From: the human T2T-CHM13v2.0 reference genome, Homo sapiens
Length of the DNA: 64,000 nt
Assembly: GCF_009914755.1 (NCBI RefSeq)
Contig: NC_060928.1
Direction: 5' to 3' (one strand)
The notes under the pieces are model-generated. The model was not told the origin of the DNA. It saw only the letters and a program-made list of their open reading frames with translations, and ran no database searches. Positions 40,095-61,263 of the stretch are shown piece by piece (position 1 is the first letter of the stretch; the number at the start of each line of letters is the position of its first letter). The translations under genes were made by a program, and so were the position numbers.

Positions 40095-40225
40095 TATATT
40101 TATTCTTTCAACAAATATTTCTTAGTGTATACCATATATCAAGCATTATTTTTAGACCTTATAGATTTACAGCAGTGAATAAAGCAGACAGAAGTCTCTG
40201 CCCATGTGGAAATTACATTTTAAGG
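40095..40225 (-). mobile_element. L2 3' end fragment
   Basis: ttcaacaaatatttcttagtgtataccatatatcaagcatt...acagcagtgaataaagcagacagaagtctctgccc. Confidence 0.7.
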
Positions 40226-41699
40226 CCACAGTATAATCAAAAGGAACATGTGGAATGTTCAAGGGTTTCTCTGTAAAACAAAAGAAAAAAAATAGTACCT
40301 GATTTTCACATCAAATTTTGAATTGAAATTTGTCTATGATAGCATTTATTTTTAACTATAGAAGGTTATTTTTTGAAATTTCAGTAAGTTCATAGTTCAT
40401 GTTTGTGAATTGAACATTATTTATCTTTAGTCAATATATACAGAATACATTATTAAAAATACATTTCTGTGCAGTACTAAATAATTAAAATAATAGCGTT
40501 CATTAACTAAAATCCTCGAAGACAAAATATATAAGGAAACTGTTGGGAACTCTTAGAGGCAATAGTTTCTCATCAAGACTTCTAAAAGATTCTTTATTTT
40601 TCTGAATAGTGTTTGTGAAGTTTCTTTTCTATTATTACTTTAAATTTCTGCTAGTCATTTCAGTCAATATGCTTAGAATATTCTAAGTTATATTCCAACA
40701 ATGATGATAAAATAATCAAATGCCTTATAGTTCAACTACAGTATTTGGAAATATAAATTATTGTATCTTACTGTTAGTATAGATGTTGCTATAGCAGAAA
40801 CATGCATGGGTAGAAGGTTTCAAATCCGTTAGCTGGGGACTGTAATAGAAAGATCCAGAGAGTCCCCTAGAGTGTTCTTAATACCTGTCACTACTGAAAG
40901 AATTTTGTTTAAGTAGCATGTTTGGGAAGACTGAGTTAAAAATGCTCTCAATAAAGAATACTGGAAATGCAATGGATTAAAATGCAATTCTTGAGTGTCA
41001 AGGGCCCAGGTTTTTTATTTGCTCTGCTACTGCCATGAAATGTCTATCCTGGGGCAGAATGTGGAAATAACCACCTGAAATTATTATCACTAAATTTCTC
41101 TTTAAAAAATATGACAATGAAATTTTTATTGTTGGTACCTTGAAAAATATTTAACAAAAATTTTTCACCCTTAAGTAGAGGCAACTAAGGAGATTAACAA
41201 GAGAAAACTAATTAATTGTTAGATCTGTGTCTTGTTTTTGTTTGTTTTTGTGTAGCAATCATTGGCTTCTAGCCTAGAATAAATATTTTGGTTTCCAACT
41301 TCTATCACTTTTATGATGACCTCATGATCTCTTATACATTGAGTGAAATCTCTGCATTACTGCATTAGTGTCTATGAAGTCAGAAGCCCAGGAGCAATGG
41401 GGTGGGGGCTGGGGGGAAGGGGAAGTGTAGTTATCTGAAACCCAGTCTGTTACTATGATACAGATCCTAGCTTTGGCTCAATGTCTGCTCTTTTCAGTTA
41501 CTACCAAGACAGATGGGGAAAGAAAGAGAGGAAATGATTATATGTACATCAATAATTTAAATAAATTTTAAAAAGTTTTGGAAATTTTAGCATAAACATC
41601 ATTATCAAATGAACATACATAGAGAAAAATAACAGCTTTGCTTAATAGCGCATAAACAAAAATATGGTTAATGAATTTTCCAAGGCCATAAGCCAAAAA

Positions 41700-42005
41700 T
41701 GGTTATTTTATTTAATAAACTGTATTTTAAGTGTCTATGTTTTAAGTCAAAGTTACAATTATCAATAGATCCATATCCTTAGTGAGTTCAAAACCTAGGA
41801 GGATAGAGACACTTATAAATACCATGTAAAACATGTTATAATATAAGAATATATTGGAAGGCTCTCTACTTAGGTAGCAGTTCCAGGGCTGAGGAAGAGG
41901 ATAAAGGATTAAAGTATGAACAGCAGTTTCTCAGTTGATAAGGAAGAGAGATGCATTTCAAACAAAGAACAAAAGATGTGCAAAGGTAAAATCAGGCTTT
42001 TTCAG
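41700..42005 (-). mobile_element. L2 fragment (degenerate)
   Basis: atccttagtgagttcaaaacctag...gcatttcaaacaaagaacaaaagatgtgcaaagg. Confidence 0.45.
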
Positions 42006-42204
42006 AAAAAAAATGTAAACAATTGAGTATGATTCAATGAGAGGTTACGTATTGAGGAATGGCTGTGTCTCCTGTCATAGAGCCACTTGTATCCAAGAAC
42101 AGAAACTCAAACTTTCTTCTACAAGACATGGAGAGCTCATTATGGCTTTTAAGTAGAACTAATATTAACTTTCTTTTTAAAATCACAAGATAAGTTGGGA
42201 AGTG

Positions 42205-42372
42205 GAAAAGAACATAGTGTTTAACCCACAGGTTCAAACTTAGGCCTTGCTATTTTGTTACAGAACCACTGTAGGTCTCAGTTTTACCATCTGTAAAACA
42301 GGGATAAAATGGTTACCCAACAGGTTGAATGTAAGGATTAAATGGGATGTGTATATAAAGTATCTGGCAGAT
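42205..42372 (+). mobile_element. MIR SINE
   Basis: ggttcaaacttaggccttgc...tctcagttttaccatctgtaaaacagggataaaatggttaccc...gtaaggattaaatgggatgtgtatataaag. Confidence 0.75.
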
Positions 42373-43199
42373 AGATATATGGGTTAGATTTCTCTAAGGT
42401 GAAGTTGTAGGAGACAGGAAATAAGACAAAAGGAAAGAAGGTATAATGCGAAGAGAAAAGAGTTTATAGATGTTCTGAGCAACAAAGTGGAAAGGTTGGA
42501 CAGGATAAGATGACTCAACAAAAGAAGCAGGGATAGTGTAGTCTGCACAGCAAGATGGAAACTTGAGAAGTACATATTAATAAACAGCCAATGAAGACTA
42601 CTCATTCCAGGAACTCAGCCTACGAAATAAAGTGAGAGACATATTTTATACCATATTTTCTAATTGGACAACTCCCATGGCAAATGTACTATGATTTGAG
42701 TGTACATAATCAATGAGTTAGTTATCTTTGTGGGGATCTCTGTTGGAACTAAAGGTAGGCAGCATTGTTTCAGAGGTATTTCTGTAGAGGACTGTCTGAG
42801 CTACTGGTAGTGTTCACTTTAACACTTAAAGTCCCTGCCTTTACGGTGAAAGCTACTGTAGTCTTAGGGCCAAACAAGCTAATATTTGGATTATACACAA
42901 GGTGTACAGTCCTAAATGCACACATAGATCCGTGGAAATAAAATAGTACAATTTCTGGGCCCTCGCCTCCCGCATCCCAATATGGGGCTATACCAGTTGG
43001 ATGACTCAGGTTGTCTTCACCATGTCCTCTCAGGTGGCTGGTAAGCCTTAAAGTTTCCAATTCTGTTTGGATAATTGAGTCTAGTCATTTTCTTTGGAAG
43101 GACTGCTTGAGAGCAGTCAGTGTAACTTATCCCACTTTCCACACTACTAACAGAATATTGGGTGAAGTGTTCAGTTTTGATCTGAGCCCTGTAGCAGGC

Positions 43200-43582
43200 T
43201 GTTATGGACTGAATGCTTGTGTCCCTCTGAAATGTATATGTTGAACCCCTAATCCTCAGTTTGATGGAGTTTGGCCATGTGGTCTTTAGGAAATAATTAG
43301 GGTTCGATGAGGTCATGCATGTGGCACTCTTTCTGATGGAATGGGGGCTCTTATAAGAAGAGATAGCAGAGAGCTTGCTCACTCTCTCTTCTGTCTACCA
43401 TGTGAGTACACCGCAAGAAGCTGGCTGTCTACAATCTGAAGGAAGAGCATTCTCCAGAAATCGACCTTGTGACACCTTGATCTTGGACTTCCAGTCTCCA
43501 GATCTGTGACTAAATAAATTTCTGTTGTTCAAGTCACTAAGTCTACATTATTTTGTTATGGAAGCCTGAGCTGACTAATGTA
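43200..43582 (+). mobile_element. MaLR solo LTR (MLT1A-like)
   Basis: tgttatggactgaatgcttgtgtccc...caccttgatcttggacttccagtctccaga...gctgactaatgta; near-TSD caggc/taggc. Confidence 0.88.
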
Positions 43583-43699
43583 TAGGCCAATAATCGCATT
43601 TCCAAATAAATGTATCTGATAAAAGATGGTATCTGTAGGAGACATAATGAATCCAAACCCTAAGGCTACCATCTCCAGTTTGAAGCTGCCTACTTTTGA

Positions 43700-44052
<353 letters not shown>

Positions 44053-44924
44053 AGACCTATATTTTCAAAAGGCAATTTGGGTTTTGTGTCCCCGGTGAAT
44101 GATTAAATTTTGCCATGGGTTAATGGAACACTTATCCTGCAGCCTAATGGTTTGGGCTCCATTCAAAAGATTCTATTTGTGAGTTAGTCCACATATCTTT
44201 GATACTCAAGAATACTGTGCTTCCTTTTTGGTAGGTTGAAGATAAAAAGATGTAGTTTTACTTTGATTGCTGCATTTAGTGTTGCAAATCAGCTCACCTA
44301 GAACTTGACTTTGTGGGAAGTTCTCTGAAATTTACTGAGGATATTTCTGTTTTTAAATTACCCAAATTAACAATCCAAACCTTAGACGATAGAAAATCCC
44401 TAATGATATTTGTAGTCATGGTACATATTAAGAACTAGTTTGAAAAAATTAACATAATCATAATTATAAGAAAAGTCAGTATATTTACTTCTAGTTTAAA
44501 AAGTGGAATAAAAGAGTACTATTTTAAGAAAGCACTGTTAATCTAATTGTATAAGTACATTTAAGGAGAGAAAAGTGTTGTAATTGATTATTGGCAGTCA
44601 AAAACACTGTCCAAAAATATAAAGGTAATCAGACATAATATTTTCTATATAGAGCACAAGTATGTATTAGTGATTATTTATGAAAAGATGTCTAAATGTA
44701 ACCTTTGGATTAACTTCTCTGTACAAACTCCCCCAAAACATGTCAAATTAAAATGGAAGCATGCCCAGCTTCTCAGCTTCAAGGGTCTACACTGGAAGGA
44801 AAAATAAAGCAACAAAACTATTAATGTCTGCGCTAGTGAATACAGTAATCCTACTGGGACAGTAATAAGGAGAAAAATGACAAGAAGGACTTCTTAATGT
44901 GGAGTGCCAATTCCAAAACAGGTA

Positions 44925-45120
44925 CTTTACCTTCATTGTCTCTAATCCTGGCAGCAATCTCTCAAGGTGATTATTAGGATCTCAATTTCACTGAAGGAAA
45001 CTGAGACTCAGAACGGGCCAATTACTCACCCAAGGCTATGCAGGGAGCAAGAAGCAAGCCAAATTTAAACCTAGTTCTCTCTGGATTCCTGTCTCAGAAT
45101 CTTTCTATGTGACTGCCTCA
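44925..45120 (-). mobile_element. MIR SINE
   Basis: caatttcactgaaggaaactgagactcagaacgggccaattactcacccaaggct...aaatttaaacctag. Confidence 0.7.
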
Positions 45121-46340
45121 CTTTCACAAATTAAGAAAGGAACAAAATGGGATTTGAGGGAGAACCTATGTTCTCCCTCAAGGAAAGCTCAAATAGCAGG
45201 AGGATTTCAAAAAGCGTTTGGGTAAAAGGCAGTGGACAACAGGCTGGCAAGGAATAAGGACAAGATAAGAAAAAAAAAACAGAAGGAAAGAGTTTAAACA
45301 AGGAAAAAAGTGGCATATGTCTCCAAATAAATGCATTTTTCTGACTTCTCAATGAGAGAAGAGAAACCTGTCAGGTAAAACACATATAAAGGAAAAAATG
45401 GAGAAAAATTCAAAGGGAAAGAAGGTAAACAGTCCATCAAAAACAGAAATAAAATCAAATGTGGTGTGGGGGGGGCATGCAGAGAGAAAAAGAGAGAGCA
45501 ATTTAAATCAGAAAATTTCATTATAAATACAATTTAAAGGAAATGAGTTCATGGAAGCTAACTTAAAAAAAATAAAAAGGAGTTCTGCATTTCAAACCAA
45601 GTGAGAACCGAATGTAACCAAATTACATACCATACATACACACAGGCATGCAAGCACATGTCCACAGTCTCACTCTATGATTAGCTAAAGGCATAATTTC
45701 AGCAGCTGTTGTAAAAAGATTTAAAATTTTGTTATGAATTCCAGGCAGTCAGAGGCCTATATGTTATGTTTGAATGGTAGAGAAAAGTCCCATGTTTTCT
45801 AGTTTGAACCAACTTCTTTGATAGGTGTAGCAAATCTAGTAAGTAATGGGATATCTATTTTTATATCTTTAAAACCATCAATTTGTGGTTGTAAAGTGAT
45901 CATACCTGAACAAAACGGGTTATGCTCCTGTACATTTTTTAAAGAGAAGGCATTGCCCCGCTTAATTAATTTCCGTTGGATCTATAATTACTAATTCTTT
46001 TGACTGAGGCCAGTGAGGGCTTTCGTGCTCTCTATAAGATCCCTCAACTATGTGCAGTTTACTATATATTTATCTATGCACCAAACCACTTGCATGGACT
46101 GAAAATATTTCTTAAGTGAACATGGGACTGAAGAAGTCTTTGGACATTGTTTTTAATTTTAAACCACATTTTTAAAATGTTGATCAAAGTTCTTTGCTTT
46201 AGATATTCAATGCCACATGGGCTATGGTACTCTGCCTATTAAGTACTACAACTGGAAATACACAGTGTCTTACTATGGACTTACTGACCTTTAACACTGT
46301 ACTTTCAAGGCTAACTATTCTTATCTGTCTGTTTACCATT

Positions 46341-46748
46341 TGATGTGGTTTGGATCTGTGCCTGTACCCAAATCTCACGTTCGATTATAATCCCCAGTGT
46401 TGGAAGTGGGGCCTGGTGAAAGGTGATTGGGTCACGGGGGTGAACCCTTCATGTATGGTTTAGCACCATCCCTTTGGTGCTTTCCTCATTAGAGTTCTCA
46501 CAAGATCTGGTTGTTTAAAAGTGTGTAGCGCCACCTTCCTTTCTCTCATTTGCTCCTGCTCTGGCCATGTAAGATGTGCCTGTTTCCTCTTTACCTTGCG
46601 CCACTATTCTAAGTTTCCTGAGGCTTCCCCAGAAGCAGAAGCTACTGTGTTTCCTGTACAGCCTGAGAACAATGAGCCAATTAAACTTCCTTTATTTAGA
46701 CATTACCTAGTCTCAGGTATTTCTTTACAGCAAGAATGAACTAATACA
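46341..46748 (+). mobile_element. MaLR solo LTR (MSTA/MSTB-like) with a perfect 5-bp TSD
   Basis: tgatgtggtttggatctgtg...cccagaagcagaagct...aatgagccaattaaac...ctaataca, flanked by ccatt/ccatt. Confidence 0.92.
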
Positions 46749-46847
46749 CCATTTTACCTTCAACATGTAGGTTTTTCTGCTGAAAAGATGTAGAATAATT
46801 TCTTAGCAATAAAATTCAGAAGCTCTGACTTCCTAAAAGGTGTCCTG

Positions 46848-47345
46848 TATTCAACAACCAATAGTAAATATTTGAGCAGTTTCTAGGTTTTATATTCTGT
46901 GTTAGGTGCTAAAAATATGAAGAGCAACAGAGACATGCTCCATTAACAAAGATTACATTATAATCAGACATAGGATACATAATAATGACATATTTTGAAA
47001 GTGCATAAATTAGAAGTATATAGTTTAGTGGAAGTTCATATCAGAGGTATCTAAGCTGTGCTTGCAAAGTTGAGAAGTCTCCTAGAAAGAAAATACCTAA
47101 AAGTTGAAACATTCAGGGTGAATAGGCATTAGCTAGATGAAGAATATAAGGTAAAGTTTGTTAGATAGGCATATCTCAGGGATATAAAGAAACTGATAAT
47201 AGCTCAGTATGATTGCATCATAGTTGCAAGTGGTAAGATAGAAATCCAGAAAGGCAAGCAAATGAAAAATTACTAAGGGCCTACTAAAACATGCTTAGAA
47301 TTTTGATATTTACCAAAGAGCAATAGAAGCAATAGAAGCTGAAGA
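46848..47345 (-). mobile_element. L2 LINE 3' fragment
   Basis: attcaacaacc...aaatatttgagcag...tctgtgttaggtgct...ggtgaataggcattagctagatgaag...gaattttgatatttaccaaagagcaatagaagc. Confidence 0.55.
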
Positions 47346-48110
47346 AAGAATAAATCACAATAAAGATGAGTTCAGCACCATCACTGCACACAGGGGAAAG
47401 GATATGCCATGCAGTTTGCTCTGTCTGGAAGGCTGCCTCTTCAACCCTTGAATAACTTCTATTCTCCTCCATTTACTAAAACACAATTATATATGGCAGA
47501 CAATATGCGAAGCACTCAGGATACAGTAGAGAGTAAGACACAAAAGTCCTAACTTCATGGACTTCACAGGAGAAAATGGATTTTTGAAATGGCTGCATTA
47601 TCATTATGCCAAATGGGAAAAGGGGAAGTACTTAGGATTTTTTTAACTTCCACAAAGGCACAGATATACACATAGTGTCCTTTCCTTTGAGTTCCCTTGA
47701 GTGAAAACCCTGCCTTGTACCTTTATAGCAATTATTGTAAATATAGCCTTTAAACTAGAGTAGTTTTACTGTGTGTATATAGATGTTGAAATATATGAAA
47801 ATTTTACTTGACATTTTATAAAATTCCAAGAGTCAGCATGGAAAAATCTCATGGTTCTAAATTTGTATATCATCAAGAACAGACATGAAAGAAAATGTAA
47901 GGCTATCATGCCATTGCTACACTTAAGACAGTTTGAGTATTGAAAGGGTATTTCAACTGAATCTAGAACAGAAAGTAGACTAAACACCAAATAAAAGCCT
48001 ATTGTGTTAGAGCCATTCAATAAGAATACAAGTTTAAATATATGTGTTTGAATAAAAATGTTAACCGAATGCAACATACTAAAGAAGATATAAATGGATA
48101 ACAGAATTGA

Positions 48111-49496
<1,386 letters not shown>

Positions 49497-50257
49497 TCTT
49501 CTTTTCTCACTACGTAAGTAAACAAAACTTGGAAAACTTTGGATTATTTAGAGAGAGAAGAAATATTTTTAAATTGTTGGAGGGATAATCAGGAGAAAAC
49601 ACTCATTTGTTTATGTAGTCCATAAGACAGTGGGCTACACTAGACACATGAACAAAGTTTGACAGAAATTAGGAAGAACAACATTTCTAACCAATAATTG
49701 TTTTGCATTTGCTTTATTAACTAATGGAAAGTAGAGAGCTTTTAAATAAGGCAAAAAGAGAATAAGCATGGATCAGAAAATGAATTAAAGGCATTTTTAA
49801 TGAAGAAGAGGAAAATATATAAGGAAGAGAGAAATTCAAATCTGTGTGGAAAACCTAATAAATAATAGACCTTCCATAATATATGAGGAGAAAAAAGAGT
49901 AGTGGTAAATTTCCAGGAGAAAATATTCAGCAAATTTGAGAAACTACAAATAATGAAAATGTTATACATGGAAGAGTTACAGGAAAAAGAAAAAATGAAT
50001 AAAGAACAATGTCAAGGACTCCAGCTATTACCAGGACACTATTCTGGAGATGTCAAATCTCAGGTAGCGTGCAGTGAATTCAAAGAACCTGTATTTCTGG
50101 ATTCTACAGGACTCAACAGTTGTGCAAGCTTTATTCTTTTCTTTTATTTATATTGATAGCAAAAGAAAAAAATGAAAAATTTAAAAAGATGAATAGCAAA
50201 CATAACAACTAATAGTGTGTATGTCTCTGAGGAATCTAAAATACACACATACAGTGA

Positions 50258-50288
50258 GAGAGAGAGAGAAAGAGAGAAAGAGAGAGAG
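50258..50288. repeat. (GA)n microsatellite
   Basis: gagagagagagagaaagagagaaagagagagag. Confidence 0.8.
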
Positions 50289-50770
50289 GTGCCTATTGTA
50301 GAGAGAGAAAAAAATTACAGACTAGAAATACTGTACAATATTTAAAACAACACTACTATGCTCTCGACATTTGTTAGGTGCTTGGAATAATGGTCAAAAA
50401 GATACGTAAAGCATCTATGTGTATATTTTGTGTATCTTATTGCAGTATTTTTTGTCCCTATTCACTGTGTCTATAAGTACAATTGCACTCAGGAATCAAT
50501 GCCTGGTGCTTTGAGCTCATCAGATTCTTTAAGAAAGCCATACTCAGTTTCTTTTGTTTTTTTTCTTTCTTCCTTGAAAGGTACAAAATATTGAACACCT
50601 CATTGGCCTTCCAAGTTATCGAAGGGGATATTTTACTGAAAGTTTTACTTTTGTATATATTACTTTTTTTTTTTCCAGCCCTGAGTAATAGACTCTTTTC
50701 TGTGCACTTAATCCAAAACACGCAATGTAGTTTCCTGGTACATCACATCCTTATTCCTGGTCTCAATTTC

Positions 50771-51152
50771 TGTTGTCAGTCAGGAAGATATAAACTATTC
50801 TTCAATTACCAACAGCCTGGATATCTCAGTGGTTTAAAACTACAAAGTTTGTCTCTAGTTCCCACTGCATGTTTACCAGGTAGTAATGAGATCTGCTCAT
50901 TTCATTCACTGAAACCATCAGGCTGACAGAGTCTCTATCTCAGCTTGAGCTTTCATGTTCAAAGAGTGGGGGCAAGACTTTATGAAAAAACACACACTGG
51001 CTCCTAATACACTTCGGAATGACACCTCTTACTTGCATTTATATTTCATTGGACAGAGCAAGTTATATTTCCATTCCAAACACATGGGAATTTATAATGT
51101 CACTTTAGGTTGAGCATCAAAAATATCTTTAAAAAATAATACAGTCTACCAC
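50771..51152 (-). mobile_element. Old MaLR LTR (MLT1K/L-like)
   Basis: gtcagtcagga...caacagcctggatatctcagtggtttaaaactacaaagttt...atttcattggacagagcaagttatat...aataatacagtctaccaca. Confidence 0.6.
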
Positions 51153-51449
51153 ATTTGATTCTCCTATACAACATATCTGTGTACATGTTTACCTTGTCTC
51201 TCCAATTATTTGAGCCCTATATCACTTTTTAATAAGTGGTCTGGCATCTCAATTTTAAATCTAATTATTATCCCCCTTCTGGTTTAACTAGACTGAGGTT
51301 ATTGCTGGATTATCATCAGTATATGTTTCCCTAACTTTATTTTATTCTGCATCTTTATCCCGTATCAGTCTCTGCTCCTTTAGATCACACTTACCAAAAA
51401 TGTTCTGATTCCCTTCTCCTTCCTTGTTTCCTGGAATGTGTTATTTATG

Positions 51450-51874
51450 ATAGCAGAGACCATGCAATGTGTTTTATTAATTTATATTTCTTTCCTTCTT
51501 CCTGGGCACAAAGGTAGAATCAATATTTTAGCATTCATGCTTGTAGTTAAGCGAAGGCTGTGCGATGGAGTTCTGGGAAATGACATATTTGTAGGACATA
51601 TATAACACCTTGGATGCTTGGGCCTAAAACCTCCTTTATATGCCTTCTCTTTCCTTTTCGTGGTAACACTAGAACTTAAGTATTTAAGAAGGTAATGTCA
51701 TAGAATGGAAGACGTCATTGAGGATATTGAGGACATCCATACAAGAATAGATTTTAAAGAGAGCCACTAAACCTGCACTGGACACAAGATGAGCAATAAA
51801 TCTGTGAAGTTCATTCCTTGAGATTGTGGTTCTTTTGTTACTGCAGTATAGACTATCCTAATTGCAACTAATAA
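51450..51874 (+). mobile_element. Old MaLR LTR (MLT1J-like)
   Basis: ccttcttcctgggcaca...tgtagttaagcgaaggctgtgcgatggagttctgg...gagcaataaatct...ttgttactgcagtatagactatcc. Confidence 0.65.
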
Positions 51875-52219
51875 AAATATGAAAAAGAATCAAGAGACAA
51901 ATGTTGTTGGAATTATAATACCTATGAAAAAGAAAGGACAACATTTTTCTAGTTGGATTAAAATTATATATAATTCCATAAAATTTAAACTTTTAAATAT
52001 AAAACTGATGATATATTAAGAAAATAGTGTGAATAATACGAATTAACCATACATATTAGTTTCAGAGGAACTAATACTTGAATGAAATGTGGAAAGATGA
52101 AACTGTTTTTTCTCTGGAGAAATCAAAGAATATCCCGCATTCAGAAGAATTGGAAGAATTGCAATGTATATAGAGACTCTTAGTGTGAATAGGCTTAGCC
52201 CTAGTTTCAAATTGCTCAC

Positions 52220-52666
52220 ATAGATATAGATGAGTTATAGATATGTATATAGATATATCTATATATATATAGATATGTGTATAGATATGTATATAGATAT
52301 ATCTATGGATATAGATATGTGTATAGATATATCTATAGATATGTATATAGATATATCTATAGATATAGATATGTATATAGATATATCTATAGATATGTAT
52401 ATAGATATATCTATAGATGTATATAGATATATCTATAGATGTATATAGATATATCTATAGATATGTATATAGATATATCTATAGATATGTATATAGATAT
52501 ATCTATAGATATGTATATAGATATATCTATAGATATGTATATAGATATATCTATAGATATGTATATAGATATAGCTATAGATATATCTATAGATATGTAT
52601 ATAGATATAGCTATAGATATATCTATAGATATGTATATAGATATAGCTATAGATACAGATATATAT
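52220..52666. repeat. AT-rich minisatellite, ~24-bp unit (atatatctatagatatgtatatag)
   Basis: Directly visible tandem array with 22-bp and gctata-containing variant units. Confidence 0.95.
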
Positions 52667-53196
52667 TTCCTGAGCCTAGTTGATCACTGATATCTCAAAA
52701 TTATTCTCTCAGCCAATTATTCTGTAAGTCCTATAAAAAACCATTATGTATAATTAATCTTAATACCAAATCCAGCTTCAAAAAGTATGTGATAAAGTGT
52801 CTCTCAAACAAATTCCAGACAATTGCTGAGCTTGACTCAATTTAGATTGAGTTCAAAAACATTTCAGTCTCATCATACACTAGTGTTCTGAATGACCACA
52901 GTCTCACATGACTCCACCTTCCCCAATCTTTTCCTTCAGTTTTCTATACATGCATATCTCCCACAGCCCAGCACTACTCACACCTGTAACTCATTATCAT
53001 CACCACTTAGTTTCTTTCTTTCATTTAAAAATATGTATTTATCCAAGTAACTACAGCAATTTTCACTTAGACATATTTTTCCCTGTAAACGCCTTCAAAT
53101 TCTAAGTGCTGTTTCATTCATTATGCTAAAAATCCTGTTGGGCATCATGTATGGACCCACTCCTACGCAAATCCCAAAAGTAAATCAACTAAGACC

Positions 53197-53520
53197 AGAG
53201 TTCGGAAGCTGGAAGGAATTGAACTTAGAAGTCATTTGAACCAACCTACCACCCAACCACATCACAGAATGTGAGGTCTACCTTTTGCTTAAAATATTTT
53301 GCAAATGAGAACCTCACCACTTTTTAAAGAAACCTAGTCTATAACTAGTAAATTATGCTTATTTATATTGAGCTGAAATATCCCTACTTAATACTTTAAC
53401 CAGATTATCCAGTTTGTCTTCATGAACAAAAGAAAATCACTCTCTGTTTTACAAACACATTTAAAAAATATTTTCAAGATAGCTTCTCTGTCTCTTTTCT
53501 CCAAATATTTTCTCCTACAT
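53197..53520 (-). mobile_element. L3/CR1 LINE fragment
   Basis: agctggaaggaa...ttagaagtcatttgaaccaacc...gagaacctcaccact...ttatattgagctgaaatatcc. Confidence 0.55.
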
Positions 53521-53729
53521 GGTAACAAAGCATACATTGCAGCAATGTATGGTGTTGTTCATTTGTTTGTATTATTCATTCTGATATGGAATTAATGTTA
53601 TATTCATATTATTCAATTTATAAGTGTCATCTCTAGATGACAGAGTAATGACGATTGTGATGTGATAATTATATAATAAAGATAAACCATCTTGACTATT
53701 TCTAGGCTTAAGTTACCATGCTATAAATT

Positions 53730-53738
<9 letters not shown>

Positions 53739-53772
<34 letters not shown>
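53739..53772. repeat. (TA)n microsatellite
   Basis: About 17 uninterrupted TA units. Confidence 0.9.
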
Positions 53773-53774
<2 letters not shown>

Positions 53775-53797
53775 CTTATTTAGTCCTCAGAATATTG

Positions 53798-54171
53798 TAT
53801 TATGGAATGAACTGTGTCCCCCCCGCCAAAATTCATATTTTGAAGCCTTAACTTCCAGTGTGACTGTATTAGGAGCTGAGCCACTATGGAGGTAAATAAG
53901 GCTAAATGAGTTGATAAGGGTGGGATTCTAATACGATGTGGCTGATGTCTCTATAAGAAGAAGAGATAGCAGAAATATGCATACAAGAAATGTGAGGACA
54001 CAGTGAGAAAGTGACCATCTGTAAGCCAAGGTAAGAAGTCTCAGCAGAAACCAAAACTGCTGAAATCTTGATCTTGGACTTTCAGATTCAAGAACTCTGA
54101 GAAATAAAATTCTGTTATTTACGCCATCCAGTCGGTAGTATTTTGTTATGGCAGCCCAGGCAGGCCAGTAT
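53798..54171 (+). mobile_element. MaLR solo LTR (MLT1A0-like)
   Basis: tattatggaatgaactgtgtccccc...aaaattcata...tgtgaggacacagtgagaaagtgaccatctgtaagccaagg...ttttgttatggcagccc. Confidence 0.85.
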
Positions 54172-54766
54172 AGTTGTTAATACCTCAGTTTCACAAATGG
54201 AAAAAGAATTGTTGTTTGCTCTACTAGGAAGTGAAGTCTGCTAGGCTACAGAGTAATACAGGATGAGTAGTCTAAAGCTATGCTTATCAGCCTTTTAAAA
54301 ATAGTTACATTTTAATTAATATTAAAGTAGAAAGATTTATATCTTCTATGTAATTAAAAAATGAGTAAATAAAGGATAAAAAGTAGATGTTTCAGCAATG
54401 TTACAGGAAGTAGATAAATTGCAACTTATAAAACTTCAAGGCTTGTTAATGGAGCTAAGTTTTGTTTTGTTGAAATTTATTCTTTATTTAATATTAAAAT
54501 AGAATGGCTGAAGTAGTACTCCATTCATTTGGTGGTATATGAAGTAAGTGAAAGTAAGATACATCAATAAATTTGTTAGAAAAGAAGAGAGCTATGATAG
54601 CATAACAAATATTTGAAAAACAGTGAAGAAAGCACAAATTTTGAGTATCAATAAACACAGAATATTCAGGCAAGAGAGGAATAAACAGCGGACAGGAAGT
54701 ATTGAAGATATGTTTGTTTTAAACGGGTAGATTCTAAAATGCAGGATAAAAATAACATTGTCTTCT

Positions 54767-61263
<6,497 letters not shown>

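Noticed and set aside
50483-50926. 147 aa hydrophobic ORF
   Set aside because: TTG start, F/L bias from T-rich DNA, and it runs into an MLT1 LTR; no domain features.
52230-52690. ORFs with (YRYIYRYV)n and (MYIDISID)n repeats
   Set aside because: Translation of the 24-bp minisatellite.
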